From assembly GCA_002269645.1 (NCBI GenBank), contig NIVC01000109.1:418016-482015 (forward strand): a stretch of DNA of 64,000 nt, read 5' to 3'. Source of the DNA: Macrostomum lignano. Taxonomy: Eukaryota. The notes under the pieces were generated by a model. The model searched no databases, was not told the DNA's origin, and saw only the letters and a program-made list of their open reading frames with translations. Below, piece after piece: positions 48,201 to 62,437 of this stretch; the first letter of the stretch is position 1, and every line of letters begins with the position of its first letter. The position numbers and the translations under genes are program-made.

Positions 48201-51200
48201 GGAGCCGTACATTGATTCAGTTGTCGGAAAGTCAAACTTTTTTTGGCGGATATTCGCTTCTCATGCCCTTTCGCTGGTTATGACTGATTCAACTTCGATA
48301 TCCTCTAGTACCGATGCTGTTGAAATCCTTGATCAGTGCTACAGCTGCCTTACAGGAAAATGGCTTAGAAATGTCGCAGATCACGATGCAAAAAAAGCTC
48401 TAGAGATAAACACAACAGAGTTCACATCGGTCGTGAAAAGAATTTTGAGTCCTCTTTTCGCAGAGAATTTCCCACTAAAGCCGGTAGGTGGCATTCTGCT
48501 GTGCCGACTGTCGCTCTTCATTCAACGCAAGTTCGCTCCAGAGAACAAATCTTTTTGGAAATCAGACGAAGCCGCTCTGCTTATAGGCTTTTTAGAAAAA
48601 AACGCTTTAAAGGGTATCAGCTCACAGGCCATTCGATTCTTGGATACCTCGCAGGCTTCTTTCTTGATACTCTGCTATTGTGCTAAAGTACTACATCCTT
48701 CTGCCTCGCCGGATGTATTTGTAAAGCTGATAAAAAATCTCGGATTCGTTCAACGGAAAGGAGACCAGTTCAGAACTGAGTTCGCTGATGCCCTACTAAA
48801 GACTGGATTGCTAAGAGGTATCAACTGTATTAACTTTGCAAGCTTTGCAACAGCAATATTTAATGATGCTGAAGATTATTCTAGCTTTAAAAAGTTGTTT
48901 GAAGAATTCCTAACTTTAAAAGACGCTGATGAGGTGCTGAGCGCTTTTGAATCTTTTGAACTTGTAAGCCCTTCGTTGAAGAAGTGGATTCAGGGTTTCG
49001 GATCATCACAGCTGTACAAAAAACATTTGGCTGCTTTGCAGGCAGATCAATGGCAGCGATTTTGTGACATCTATCCAAAAGTAAAGAAGTTACGATGCGT
49101 TGATAATTCTGTGTGGCACGATGAAGTGATTCCTGTTGTTAGAAAGTCCATTATCGCATCGATTAGCTCAAAATATGAAAACGATAATTCTGTTCCAAAT
49201 CGTACTGCATTGACAGATTTACTGGATACGGAAGGTATTGTTGATGAACAATTTGCGATCGCGTTTCTCTCCATCATATTTTCTTCCTCAACAAACTGGT
49301 TGACCAAGCTCTGTCTCGAAAAATTTAAAGAAATATTTTTAAGCCAAATTTTACGTGCTGAAATCACGCAACAGACGACTATTATCTGTCAGTTTATTCG
49401 ATTACACTGCGATTACTTTCACAAGTCAGTGTGTTCAGTTGTTGCATCTCTTCAACAGCAAAACTCTGATGCTTCGCTTCTATGTGTTCTAAAAGAAGCC
49501 ACATTTACTATTTTAAACGACAAAATGTTGACTAGAGAAGTGATCGAACGTAATGTCAACGATGGAAAGGCTGCTGGTCTCACTGAAATTGTTTTTCGAG
49601 TCTGCCTGCACCAAGTGTCGGAAAATAATGGTAATGAAAATCAAAAAGATGATATTCTGAAGTTCTTCCAACAGCCTAACGATTCATTTTGTATGGAAGT
49701 CCTACCAAGGTATAGTTGTCTTTTTTTACTTGGATTCACTCAGCTATGTTTTCTCGAAATGTAGATCAATCTAATATCGTAATTTAATTTTTTCAACTTT
49801 CTATGGAAAATAGGCATCTACGAATGACATGCTCAATATTCACGAGTTATCCGGAAAGTTCTGACACTTTTAGTCTCATAGCAACAACAGCAGCTGCAAG
49901 CAAAACTTTGGTGTCATTTGAAAGCGCACATCTTTTTTTTTCAATGAATTCAGTCGCGTGTACTTCAGTCATTTCATTCAAAAGTTGTGTGAAAAACCAT
50001 CGCAATGCCACTGATAGTCTTACAGTAAAAAGGTTAAGTACATAACTTAGTCAGTTTTTTATGGATCTTGTTTGCAGCACGCAAGTATACGAGCGTACAC
50101 AAAATGGCTCTAATGTACAGTGTATCCCTTTGTTGAGTATTTTGATTATTCACTTGTCAGCAAATCTCAGTTTTGCACCTTGAGAAATTTTGCTTACTCC
50201 AGTGCATTGATTTTTGTGATTTTTGACACCATCATGAGTGTGTAATCGAAAGAATGCCAAAAGGTACGGAATATTCACGCTTTGGAACATCGGAGGAAAA
50301 ACTGGTGCAAAGATCCATTCTTATTTGAGATCAATTCATGGGTCAGATGCAGTGAGCCTGCGTACCGTCTAACGCTGGGTAGCGGAGTTCGAGTCAGGGT
50401 GTACCAATGTCGCTGATCGACCAAGATCAGGTAGCCATGCCATCCTGGGTACGAAAACTTGGCTTATCGAATACTCGATATTCTGGAGGATGACAATCGT
50501 TTCACAGTTCGAAAGATGGCTGACAGGCTGCAGATTCCAAGTTCTACGATCCACTACAATCTACGACAAAACATCGCTTTTTATATTTTTTAACTATTTC
50601 TCTAAGACTATCAGTGGCATTGCGATTTTTTTTACACATTACTTTTGAACGATATGACCCAAATGCACGCGACTGAATTCATTGGAGAGAAGAGATGTGC
50701 TGCTTTAAAATTTCACTAAAGTTGTGCTGCAGCTGCTACTGTTTTTGCTCTGGGATTAAAAATGTTCTTGGAATTCTCTGGGATTAAAAATGACACCCTC
50801 GTACTTTTCTGTCCCACCCCACGTATGTGAGCAGAGTTTTCTCTATCTGAATAAGCTATTTTTATTAATTCGAAGAGCAGTAACTAATCCTGAAAGTTGC
50901 TGTTTAGTGGGACAATGTCACTGAAAGCGTAGCACCAGGGTACTCACAACTCTGAGATTCCTAATTACAATGTTTTTTAGAAACTTTCGTATTCCTAATC
51001 CTGACTCATTGTCTTGAAAATATTTTCAGATCGCTGTGTGAGATTCTCGGCGTCAGTCTGGACCATCTTCTGTCTACAAACCCTTGGCATCGCTCAGTAA
51101 ACGAATTCGAGCTTCTGCCCTTACTGCTGGAGAAGAACTTCATGTGGATGTGGATGACGGACGACTCGGATCCGGAAACCCAGTCGCTTGCAGAGGCTGT

Positions 51201-54200
51201 TCGTCTAAAACTAAGCAGCAAACTGCAATGCATTGCTGACTTTGCCAGGGTATTTTTCGATAGAGATTCTGACAAGGCCCTGACTCTGGCTGACTTCAGA
51301 GAATTCATTGCCATCTTTGACAGACTCGAAAAAGCGGAAAAACTTGTTCGTGGAAGCATTGAATCCAGTTTGTATGACTACTTCGACCTGCTGCTGAAAG
51401 CCTTCTTTGTCAACTTGAATGAAAGTAGACCGACGAAGGATTTTGTAAATTTTTTAGAAGAAAATGAACGAAACTGGACGAAGCAGTCTAGTATAGTTAG
51501 TCAAATTTTCGATTTTTTGTTTCTTATTTCCGGAGAAAACTCTCAACTAAATTTAAAGCTGCTTGACCTGAATGACAAACAGTCTCGACACCAATCATTG
51601 AAGCAGCAGTTTTCAAACTCCATTGGTTCTTTTAGAAGCGATGATTTGGTTTTTCAGATATTCGAAATCAGAAATGTGCAGAACCTTGAATTAATGAAGT
51701 CACTTGTCCAATCGGAGTTGTTCAGGAGAGTGTTTGTCCGATCCAAGCCTGCTTCTGGTGGCTCACATAATTTATTTGAAGCCGAGTCTCCTCAATCTGC
51801 AGTCTTTTCGAGACCAGGAGCTCAGATCACTGTTCAGTGCAGCTATGTGCTTGACAAAATGCTACCTGATGCATTCACTGCTTACAAGCAGTTCTGGGAT
51901 GAGGTACAAAAAGGTAGTTTGCTGATAGGAAGCATAGAAAAGTTTTTATCAGAAGGCTCAAAAATCGACTTTAGTCTTGAGCAGGACATTGTCGCTAAAT
52001 TTGATATCTCCCGTTCAGTTGTCGAAAAACTTCGCAGTATCCAGTTACGTTACATTTGGCGCAGTCGAATGGAGCTACTTCAGTTCTTCCTGACCGAGTT
52101 TTTTGCGTTTAACATTGAATCTGCTGACTCACCGGAAGACTCGTGTGCCTCTGCAAATGAATTTTCTGATGATGAGAATACTAAGAATGTTGCCAGTTTC
52201 TGCAACGAAGCCTTGATCAACCATGAAGACGCAACGGCTCTTATTGAAGAGTTCATCAGCCATTGTGAGAGCACTGCATCACTCAGTGACTATTTAGAAG
52301 TGTTTCATGATGTCCATGGAGCCTTTGGTGGTGTTGATCCGAATGTGTGGGAAGTTTTGGCCAGCATGTATGACTGTAGAAAGGAAACGCTGCCATTCTT
52401 GAGAGAGCAGCAGTCATCCGACTTCCAACAGTTACTTGACAACACAGACGATACTATCGCACAGGACTTGAGTCTTTCCGTGATTAATTCATTAATTTCA
52501 TTGCAGCAAGCACTAAGAAGTTTTTTGTCATCTTCGCCAAGATCTTCTGTTAAGGCACTCGAGCAGTCAGTTCTTCAAGCTTTGAAGTATTTCGAAGCAG
52601 CAGACAATGATGCCAATATACAGAATGAAGTTAACCAGCGACAAAAGGCTGCTAAGAATTTAATTGATCGGATTAAAGAGTGCCATGGGCATATTAATTC
52701 CATAAAAACGCTGCATGCCAGTATGGGCTCTCGTGGAGAGACATCGAAACTGCTTGCTATTGGTATTGCCGGTGAAAAAGAGGTGATCCGGTTTTTTATT
52801 AAAACGCCGCTGTGTACTTGCACACTAAAGAGATCAGTGGGTTCATCAGAATCTGAGTACACTTTACCACAGCTTCGTGATCACAGGAGTAGAATAATTA
52901 TTTCATTAAGCTCTCACAAAGACCGAAGTTCTGTTGAACAGAATGATTCAGTAACGCTTAAGGAGTTCGTCCACTTGATCGATTTACTAGAAAATACATT
53001 CGAGACTGCTGAAAGGCTTTTGAACAAAGGCCATCCTTTGTTTGCAAATCAAGAGCTTAGGGGAAGCCTGTCGACTTGTGAAGACGAGCTTAAAGAATTG
53101 CAGATGAAAGAAGCTTCGTGGGACAAGTTGCTGCAAGACCTACGCCTCACTCATCATTTGGCGAATTACGTATTTGGTTCCAATTTATTGAAATTGTTCC
53201 AGGTTTTCTATCTAGGACACGAAAAACGCGACATTATGAACATTCTGTACTTTATGAAAGTTGACGGTAGCAGTTTCGACGAGGTTCCGCTCAAAAATCT
53301 GAATATAGATGAATTAGACGCCAGTGAACTGTGCCATCTCTTTGACGAAATGTTTTCCACTTTAGATGCCCTGCCTCGTATTGAACCTCGTGTGTTTAAA
53401 GATTTGCCAATACAGAAGACGGACATGTGCGTGAGACCAGGAGAGCTACTAGTCTGCCAAATGAATCCTACGGAAAAGGATGTCATCAGCATATTTCTAA
53501 ACGTCTGGATTAGTACACAGAAAGAGTTTCCTTGGATAAGTGAAGTTGTTTTCTGTTCGCAAGACACTGTTTCAGATGAAGTTGTCCTTGCTCTGAAGAG
53601 GTGCGCAAGAGAAAACACTCGCACGACCTTCCTTGTTGAAGTGCAGAATTTACGCCAAAAAGTACTTCGCGAACTAATTGCTGAATTAATTCAGCAGCAA
53701 TCTCAGCGGAAGTTAGGTAGAGTCGCCATTTTATGCCGAGCTGCTGACTCTCACAGTATCTTTACAGTTTTCCGTGACAACGTAGTGAAAGCAAAATCAT
53801 TGACAGAAGAGAAACTGAAGATAGTCTTAAAGGATTGCTTCAACGACGTTTTCTTTTGTACTTCTGATAGGCCATCCGTTGGTAAATCTGAGCTGATTGT
53901 TACCGCTTCTTGCAAAAGGTCTCAAGATTTCAGCCGAATTCATATCAGTGGTTTTGTTCAGAAGCAAGCAGTAATGGAAAAGATTCAGAAAGCCAGCATC
54001 ACAAAGAATGCGTATATGCACATTGACATCGGCAGTGTGCAAAATGCTGACCTGTTAGAACTCATTCTTTTTGAAGCTGTATTTTGTCAGACTTTATCGA
54101 CAGCTCAGGCTATCGTTCAATTCAGACCTAAAGCGCTGTACTTGGAGATAGCAAACAGCATAGACAAAGAGCTGGAAGACTCGTTCACACTTTTCTCAAG

Positions 54201-57200
54201 CTTGCCTGATGCAAAATGCGAATGGAAGCATTTGAAAAATCTAGAAGTATCAAGTGAACCGACAAGTCCTATTCAAATAGTTTGCAAATATTTGTACTTG
54301 CTGGCTACTAACACTGTTGATGCTACTGAAGTCAACTTGACAGATTGTGTTCCAAGTAACGTCTGCCTAAATCTGCTTGGTCAGTTTTTTAACCATCCCC
54401 TGGAAGATGGCAAACGACCAAGTGAGATCATGTCTTTTCTCGTTTTAGAATCGTGTCTGAAGATTTTAGGAGAGCAGCTTAAAAAGTTCACTGCAAGCGC
54501 CTACTTTAGAGTAAAGAACATCCAGCTTGTATACGGAAGCAACGTAGAAATCCGCGCCAAGATGGTAGGACTTATCATGCAATCGACCTTGAAGCTGACA
54601 TTAAAATCAGTGTCATCAATTAAGTATCAACAAAGCGAGAGCCGCAAGAATGTTTTTGATCACACTGTCCAGCGTTTCAAAGGCCTTATCAATTGGGAAG
54701 ACTCTTCATACGTGCTGCCAGTCTTCATGAACCAAGACATATCCACAGTCGAGCTAATTTACCGAAGGCTAACTGATGTAACCCCTGAAATTCGAGATCT
54801 ATTCTCAGGCGCATCTTCGCAAAAACTAAGAGAATTCAGCACTCTATCTCAAAATGAATTATTTCAAAAGCTGGTAAAAATTGCGTCTAAAGGTCAGATC
54901 GGTTACATACCGGCTTTGAAAAAAGAACTGACAGAAAATTATACATTGACTGCAGACAACTTTTTAAAAATGCTTTTGATTACTTTAAGGATGGACGCTG
55001 ATGTACCTGTCATTATTATCGGCGAGACAGGCTGTGGAAAGACCAGTCTTATCAGGTATCTTGCGGCTGTACAAGAGTGCACACTAGAGGTAATGAATTT
55101 TCATGCCGGAATTTCCGAATCCGACATTATTGAACGTGTCTCTCAAGCAGCCAAAGTTGCAGAAAGCCAGCTTGAGGAGTTCGTTGAGTCATCTGAGCGC
55201 TCTGGAATCGTGTGGATGTTTCTAGATGAAGTTAACACTTGTGAACACCTTGGAATGCTGAAGGAGATTGTGTGCCATCGCAGATTCCTCGACAGAGAAC
55301 TGCCGTGCAACTTGCGTTTCATTGCTGCTTGCAATCCATATGTATTGCGCCCTAAATGTGACAATTCGAAGCATGCTGGATTAGAAATCAAAGAGTTGCG
55401 TAATGACAAAATGATGAATTTAGTATACCGAGTTCATCCTCTGCCTGAGACAATGGTGGAATTGGTGTGGGACTTCGGCCGTCTTACAGACTCGGATGAA
55501 CATGCCTACATTTCACAAATGGTTGCACTGTCAATTCCTCAGAAGATCCTAAGCAAGGAAATAACCGAGTGCCTGTCGATTGTACAGAAATTTATACGAA
55601 AATTAGAAGATTCAGAGTACGCAACGAGTCTGAGAGACGTGCGACGATTTTGTGAATTTTACAAGTTTTTTATAGATTACTTCAAGAAGAAGGTAGCTCT
55701 TGCGGATCCAAAATCGACAGAAAATCCGAGCAAGAAGGCATTCCTATTTTCTCTTTACATTTGCTATTACGTTAGAATTGCAGATTTAAACGATCGCAAT
55801 GAATTTGCTGAGAAAATATGCGGCTTTTTCGATAAAACTGCAGTGCAGATCCAAGACGATTTCATAAAGGAAGAGCTTGACGTTCTCAAGCGAATGCGTG
55901 TTCCACGTAAAACGGCTAGAAATCTTGCCCTTCGAGAGAACGCATTTATTCTTTTCTGCTGTATTTACTGTCAAGTTCCTGTGCTTTTAGTAGGAAAGCC
56001 TGGCTGTTCTAAATCGCTGGCGGTAAATCTGATTCGTAGCAACCTTCGTGGTAAAGATTCAGAAGATCCTTTGTTTCGCCAATACCCATCGCTACGCTTT
56101 TTCAGCTATCAAGGATCAGAGGCTTCAACTTCAGAGGGTATTCGTCGAATTTTCTGTAAAGCTGAGAACAGCATCGACGCATGTAAGGCTGAAGATTCAA
56201 AGCCTATAGTTCTTATTGATGAAATCGGGTTAGCAGAAAAGTCACGATACAACCCTCTTAAAGTTTTGCACAGTCTTCTTGAGCCTGAGTCTTCACTAGA
56301 CTGCAAAAGTCGCGTTTCTGTTGTTGGAATTTCAAATTGGGCTCTTGACCCTGCAAAGATGAACCGAGCTATTCATATTTCGCGACCTGACATGAATGAG
56401 GATGAACTGTGCGAGACAGGAAAGGCTATCTGTGCATCTGACGGAAGCAAATCTGAAAAGTTAATTTCGGATGAAGTACTCAATAGCGTTGCAGTCGCGT
56501 GTCATCGCTATTTTAAAGACCAGCCGTTTGAAAACTTTCACGGCCTTCGAGACTTTTACTATCTGTTAAAGTTCATTTGCGATCGAAAATCGGATAGTGA
56601 CAATCAGATTTCGTCTATTAAAGAGGGCCTTTTAAGAAATTTTAATGGAGACAAGCCATCCCGAAAACAAGTTATGAGACATTTCGAGGATGCATTTCCT
56701 GGTCTAAAAAATGCGGAGATTTTAGATCATTCCATGTCAAGCGAGTCTGTGACTGAAGCACTAATAAACAGAAACTTACGCGATTCTCAAGCAAGACATC
56801 TTATGTTGATATATGAGAGCGAAGGCTGCCTTGATCTTCTGTGTTTTATGCTTTCCCAAAACCATCGAACGTTTAAAGTCATGTACGGCAGTCAATACGA
56901 AAAAGACCAACATTCGGAAGAGTTTACGTACAGAAAGCTAAACGAAGTGATGATGTGCATGGAAACTGGAATGGTTTTGATTCTAAAAGACTTTGATTTG
57001 ATCTACGGCAGTCTGTACGACATGCTGAACCAAAACTACTCGGAATATGCTGGCAGAAAGTACTGTCGAATCGCAATGGGCGTTCAAGCCAATCAGAATT
57101 GTGTTGTCCATAGAGACTTTCGCTGTGTTGTACTGGTGAGCAAGAAGGAAGTTCGGAGACTAGACCCGCCGTTTTTGAATCGGTTCGAGAAACAAGTATT

Positions 57201-60200
57201 TGATTTCGAAGATAAAATATGCAGCATGAGGCTAGAAAAAGCGAGAAACAGTCTCTCATCTTTGATGGATAATCTCTGTCGTGTTGTTTCTGATGATGTG
57301 GTCAGGACATTCAAAAGAACTGAAGTATTTCAAGGATACACTCCCGATCTCGTTGCCAGCTACCTGATCAAAACTGGTCGATCAGATTTGGAAGATCACC
57401 AAGCAATCCGAGAAATTCTTCCTCTGCTATCTCGTCACATGTTTCCTGATGCAGTTCTTCGGACAACGTGTTCCAAGTTTGAGCACAGCCGACAATATCA
57501 GCAAGAATATTTTGCTACATCTGGATTGATGACGGACCTTGGCACTGTCATGCGCCATGTTGCTAGCTCAGAAGAGTTAATTCAGAAGGTATTTGTGTAC
57601 ACAAAATTTTCGCTGTATCTGGACATTGTTAAGCCACTGCAAGGCCTTGAATCTCACTCTGTGAAAGAAATTCGCCTGATGGATTTTAGTCGAGAGATTG
57701 ACCTACTGGACAGCATCGTTCCTTTCTTTAAAGAGAACAAATCTGATGGAATCCTTTTAGTTCGCATCAAACCTTCGATTGATGAGCGCTACATCCTTCA
57801 TGTTCGGTGCATTGTTGACGGACTGTGCCAAAGATACAGCGAAGAGGTTTCGGTTAAGAAAAGCATTGTCTTTATAATTCATGTCCAGCATGAGGACCTC
57901 GACGCGCAAAACTACTCTTGGAATTGGAGTCCTCTAATAGACTGGAAAGCGTATTTTACAGAATCGCTCAATCCAGAATCTGACGTCTGTCTTTCTGAAC
58001 TGGTTTTGAGCGACTGTGCGAGTTTGATATTTGAAAATCCAGAATTGATTGAGGGCTTGCACAAGAGTGTAGTCACCAGCGCCTTTACAGATGCCATTCG
58101 TAGTCCGGAAATGCTCGACAAAGCAGTTAAATTTTTCAGTCGCTCTACTGAACTAGAAAAGCAGATCAGTTGTTTTATTGTGGAAGAAATGCTGACAAAA
58201 TCATCAAAGAATGTACAGCCATTCTCGACGGATCACTGGCTTGTTAAACTCGCACTTGAGACAACGCAACTTGCCAATTTTCTATCTTTTTCAACATTTG
58301 TTATGCACGGTGTAAAAAGCAGCTACAAAGAGAGCCTAATAAAAGTCTTGAGAGCAATGAGTGAATTCGGCATTTTTACCGACGATCTAAGTGACTCCGA
58401 TTTAATCTTAAAGGCTCTTCCTGTCATTTTGCAATATGTGCTTCAGAAAGCTTCGTCAGACAGATTTTCGCGTGTACGCGGTCTTCGAAATTTGTCACTT
58501 CCGTTTAGCACATTTTTGTTTTGCATCGCATATGATGCCTTTTGCCGCCATTTAAACGACAGAAACACTTTTGTAACTGAGATCGAGAACCTTCTCAAGC
58601 AGTTTCTTGAAGAGTCGGAGTTGTCATCTTCGGACAGTTTACTAGGTACCGATCTGTGGAAACTTATAACGACTGCTTTCTGTGGTCGCGATCGCAGTGA
58701 GAATTTGCGCATTGTGTTACACAAACAGATTGACCAGAGCTCTCAACTTATGGAGGCAGTTTTTAATGTTCTGACACACTTCAAACAGCATGAAAAAGAT
58801 CTTGCAGACCTACTTAACGTTCATCATCACATGAGTAAATTGGTCTCCGGTGTTGCTGATTATGTCGTAAAAGAAAGCTTTGTTGATGGCAACGAGTTTT
58901 CAACCACGCTTAACAATCTTCTAAATTTATTGCTACCAACCGAAGAAAATTTAAGAAACTTGAACATCAAGGAATTTAATGATTGGCGCAGAGTGACTGT
59001 TAGCTTTCTCGGCATGCTGAGAGCCCGCAGTGGACTGGAATGTGTGGCTGAATTGGAGGGCATGCTCAAATTTTGCGACTTTTTTCTGGAGCAGAATGGC
59101 GACATTGAAATGTCAAATGTGTTCACTGACCTAAAAGAACGAGGCCTTTTGACTTCTGAAGACAACTCCACACAGCTTCTGCAATGGAGAGCGTTTGCAA
59201 ATGCGCTGACTGAAGGTGAAGACTGTAGCGATCGGTTGATTTCTGCTGAGATTAGCTTTTATTATGCTGTTTTAAGTGGTACTAAGTTGAGTGAAAACCT
59301 GCTAGAAGACGTTGTTAAGAAAATATTTGATAGCATTTTGCCTGTCGGATTTGTTGCTATTCTATGGAGCAAAATTAAGTACGAATCCAAGGAGCTGCTG
59401 CCCTGCTTCGGGAGCTGATGGAGGGCTGCAAGTCATTGGAAAAGCGATGCAGCATTTATTCAATTATCGCCACTTTTCTTACCACCGAAGAACAAGTAGA
59501 CGTAGAAAGTTTAATGGAAACAATAGACTTTATGCGCTCTCAGCTGAATAAATCGCTAGCTATCAGTTTGGCTGAAATGGTTGATATTTCTGACATTTTT
59601 AGTTACTTTGAGGAATCTATTCAAAACTGCACAATCACTCACAATGATTTGGTTTGTTTTGGAGACCATCGAGATGATATGCTTGCTATGATTAACAAGC
59701 TGGTCCAAACAAGCGTCGTGCATCCTCTTTGGTTATCTTTTTTGCGATTTCTTAGACGCCGTTTTTCACTGTCTGAGATGGAAACATTCCTGAAGTTTGA
59801 TCGTGTTACCTCCGTTGTCAGCAGCTTGTTCAGAGAAGATTTTCTAAAGTTTGGGCGTGGCTCGGAGTTCATCGCAGCCTATCCTCTTCGTTTTCCGTTT
59901 GCTATCTGTCTAAGCACTGATGTGTTTCAGCAAGCTCTGTTTGCTTATCAACAGGGTATGGTAATCAAGGATTGGAATGAGTTTCAGAAGTTGCGGCAGC
60001 GGTTAATAAGCTTAAAAAATGACGTACCAACTTTGCGGGGTGTTCTGACCGACTGTATCAGCGCCTACGTAGAAATGGTTGGTCTAAGAAAGGCACTTAG
60101 CAATTTCAAAGTACAAGAGAAACAAGTAACCCGCGAGGTTTTGGGCCTTGTGAATTTAACACCGGCCTCATCAAGCTGTCCAGCAATTGTTCGACTTTTG

Positions 60201-62396
60201 TGTGGTGAAGTCGAGAGCAAATTCAGTTGCTTCAATCTCACAGCCCAATGCAACAATGAAAGTGTGTGCTTAGCTACTCTCTACTATGCAGGACTTCTTG
60301 TGTGCTTACCGAGTGAATTCAAAGAAGGCAGTCTACTGCACGAGCTGGGAAAGATGACTGTAACAAATGCCAGCACTAAGCTTGTTGAGCATTTTGCATC
60401 GCGCGAAAACGACAATAGACAGATTCCAATTCATGTCAGAACATGCTCGTGTTATAATGTGACTATCAGCTCCGAGAATGATGAGAATCCGAATTCTATG
60501 TATCCGTGTCAATTTTGTCAGTCGGAGTGGACGCAGGACTTGTCTTCAAAGATGGTAGAGTTTTCTGAGGAGTTCCTGACCGTCGTAGTGCCCTTGGTAT
60601 CAGAGTTCATATGCATTGTAATGAAGGCTGTGCTGCTTGATATCGAGCGTGTGAAATCTTCGTCCTCTCCTGCCAGTGGCGATCTAAAGATTGAGGAAAA
60701 GTTCAGACAATTACAAAACATTCTGCACCTGTCAAATGAGGAGACAACCTGGTTGTTACATTCGATCATGGAAAACAAAGAGGAATTGTTCTTCAAAGTG
60801 CCGCAGTCTGATAGCAGTGAATTGTTCGAGAATATGGCTTTCTTTGTAGGAAAGCACGTGCTGAAGGCAATGCATAGTATCCGCGAGTTCAAGCACCGTA
60901 GGATGACTGAGCGTCGGGTTGTTGAGAACTTTGCACTGGCTTGTCTTGTTGACAACGTTGATCTGTCAGACGACCAGCTGCCAAGTGAGCTGATGCCACC
61001 AGGTCGTTCGAAGGAGGATGTAAAGGCGATCGCAGCCAATCCGCTTTTCTTCCCAAAGCGCCAAGTGACATTTGATGATGCTTGCATGCTCTTTGACTGC
61101 CAGCTTGCTGAGGGCGAGCGACGTCCACTGATGCATTTGATTTTACGATTTTCCGACAAGCTCGTCGGAATGCGACACGCTTCGAAGCTTGTGCATTGGC
61201 ATCAGACAGTACTCAAAAAGTCAGAGAACGTATTGAGCCAAGAAGAGCTTGAAGCAATGCGAATTGATGATTTTATTCGGCGATTCCGCAACTCAGACAT
61301 TCTGGAATCGGCGGCAACTGCTTATAGAGCGCTGAGGCCTTCAGCAGATGCAAGCCCTGACAACCCGTTTGACAAAACTCGCTCGCTGCTCAGCAGCCTC
61401 TTGACTGACAGAACTGAGGTCACCAAAGTCTTGAAGGAAGCTGTGGATGGTGTCAATGAGTTCTTTGAACATGTTGCCGTGCTGTGCATCGAGGAGAAGC
61501 ATCTCCCAGAGCTGCTCGGCGATGATGGCTCGTGTGTGCTGCCTCTGTGCGACGTAGTGACTCGGCCAGACAGCGTTCCCAGTTGCTCGAAAGAAGAGCT
61601 GGATGAGCTCGTGCGAGTTCTGGCCAGCTGTCCTGGAGGCGGTGACCCCAGCGTCCACTGGGAGCTGCTGGAGGCCGCTCTGGCGAAGCGGCTTCTTGCT
61701 AGCAAAGGATTCGGCTGCGTGGAGCCGTGGGAGGGTCGTCTGAAAGGTGCCACCGAGAGAGACCTGGGCACCCTGGTGTCCGCATTTAGACAGATGTGCC
61801 AGTGTGAGCGGCTGTCCGAGGCAGAGCTGGCTGCGTTCCAGCGTCGGCAGAAGGAGGACTCGAGTCGGGCAGCCCGCACGGCCGCGCTGTGCCGCACGCT
61901 GCTCGGCTTCTGCCATCGAATTGGCGTGCCAAGTGGCGCCTGCACCGTCGCCGAGTTTCTGCAGCAGCACGCGGGCTCGCTGGCTGGAGGCGCTGCGCTG
62001 GCCGAGGCAGAGGCGGAAGGCGCGGGCGGCCTCGCGCTGTCAAAAGTGCCAGCGCTGCTGGAGGCTGCAGAGCAGGAGCAGTTCAGCGTTATCTTCGCCG
62101 ACCTGCAGCGGCGTTTCGGCGGCCACGAGGAAGCGGCGGAGCGGGTGGCGGCCTCCGTGCACGAGGGCGACAAGCCGGCGCTGCTGGCGCTTCTGAAGAG
62201 CGCCTGCGTCCGGCTGCTGATGGCCGACAGCACCCAGTGCGGCCTCACCATGGCCGACCTGCTGGCCGACGCCTCGCTGCTGCCTGTGGGCGCTCCGGAG
62301 CTGCGGCTTCGCAGCGACCCGGCGTTGGACAAACCGGCTATGGAGCTGCTGTTCCCGCTGGCCCACTGCCTGCACAGGAGCGTGAGTGCTGCTTGA

Positions 62397-62437
<41 letters not shown>

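Noticed and set aside
59379-59391. Micro-intron or programmed ribosomal frameshift at the RNF213-like break
   Set aside because: The GT..AG is only 13 nt and there is no XXXYYYZ slippery site
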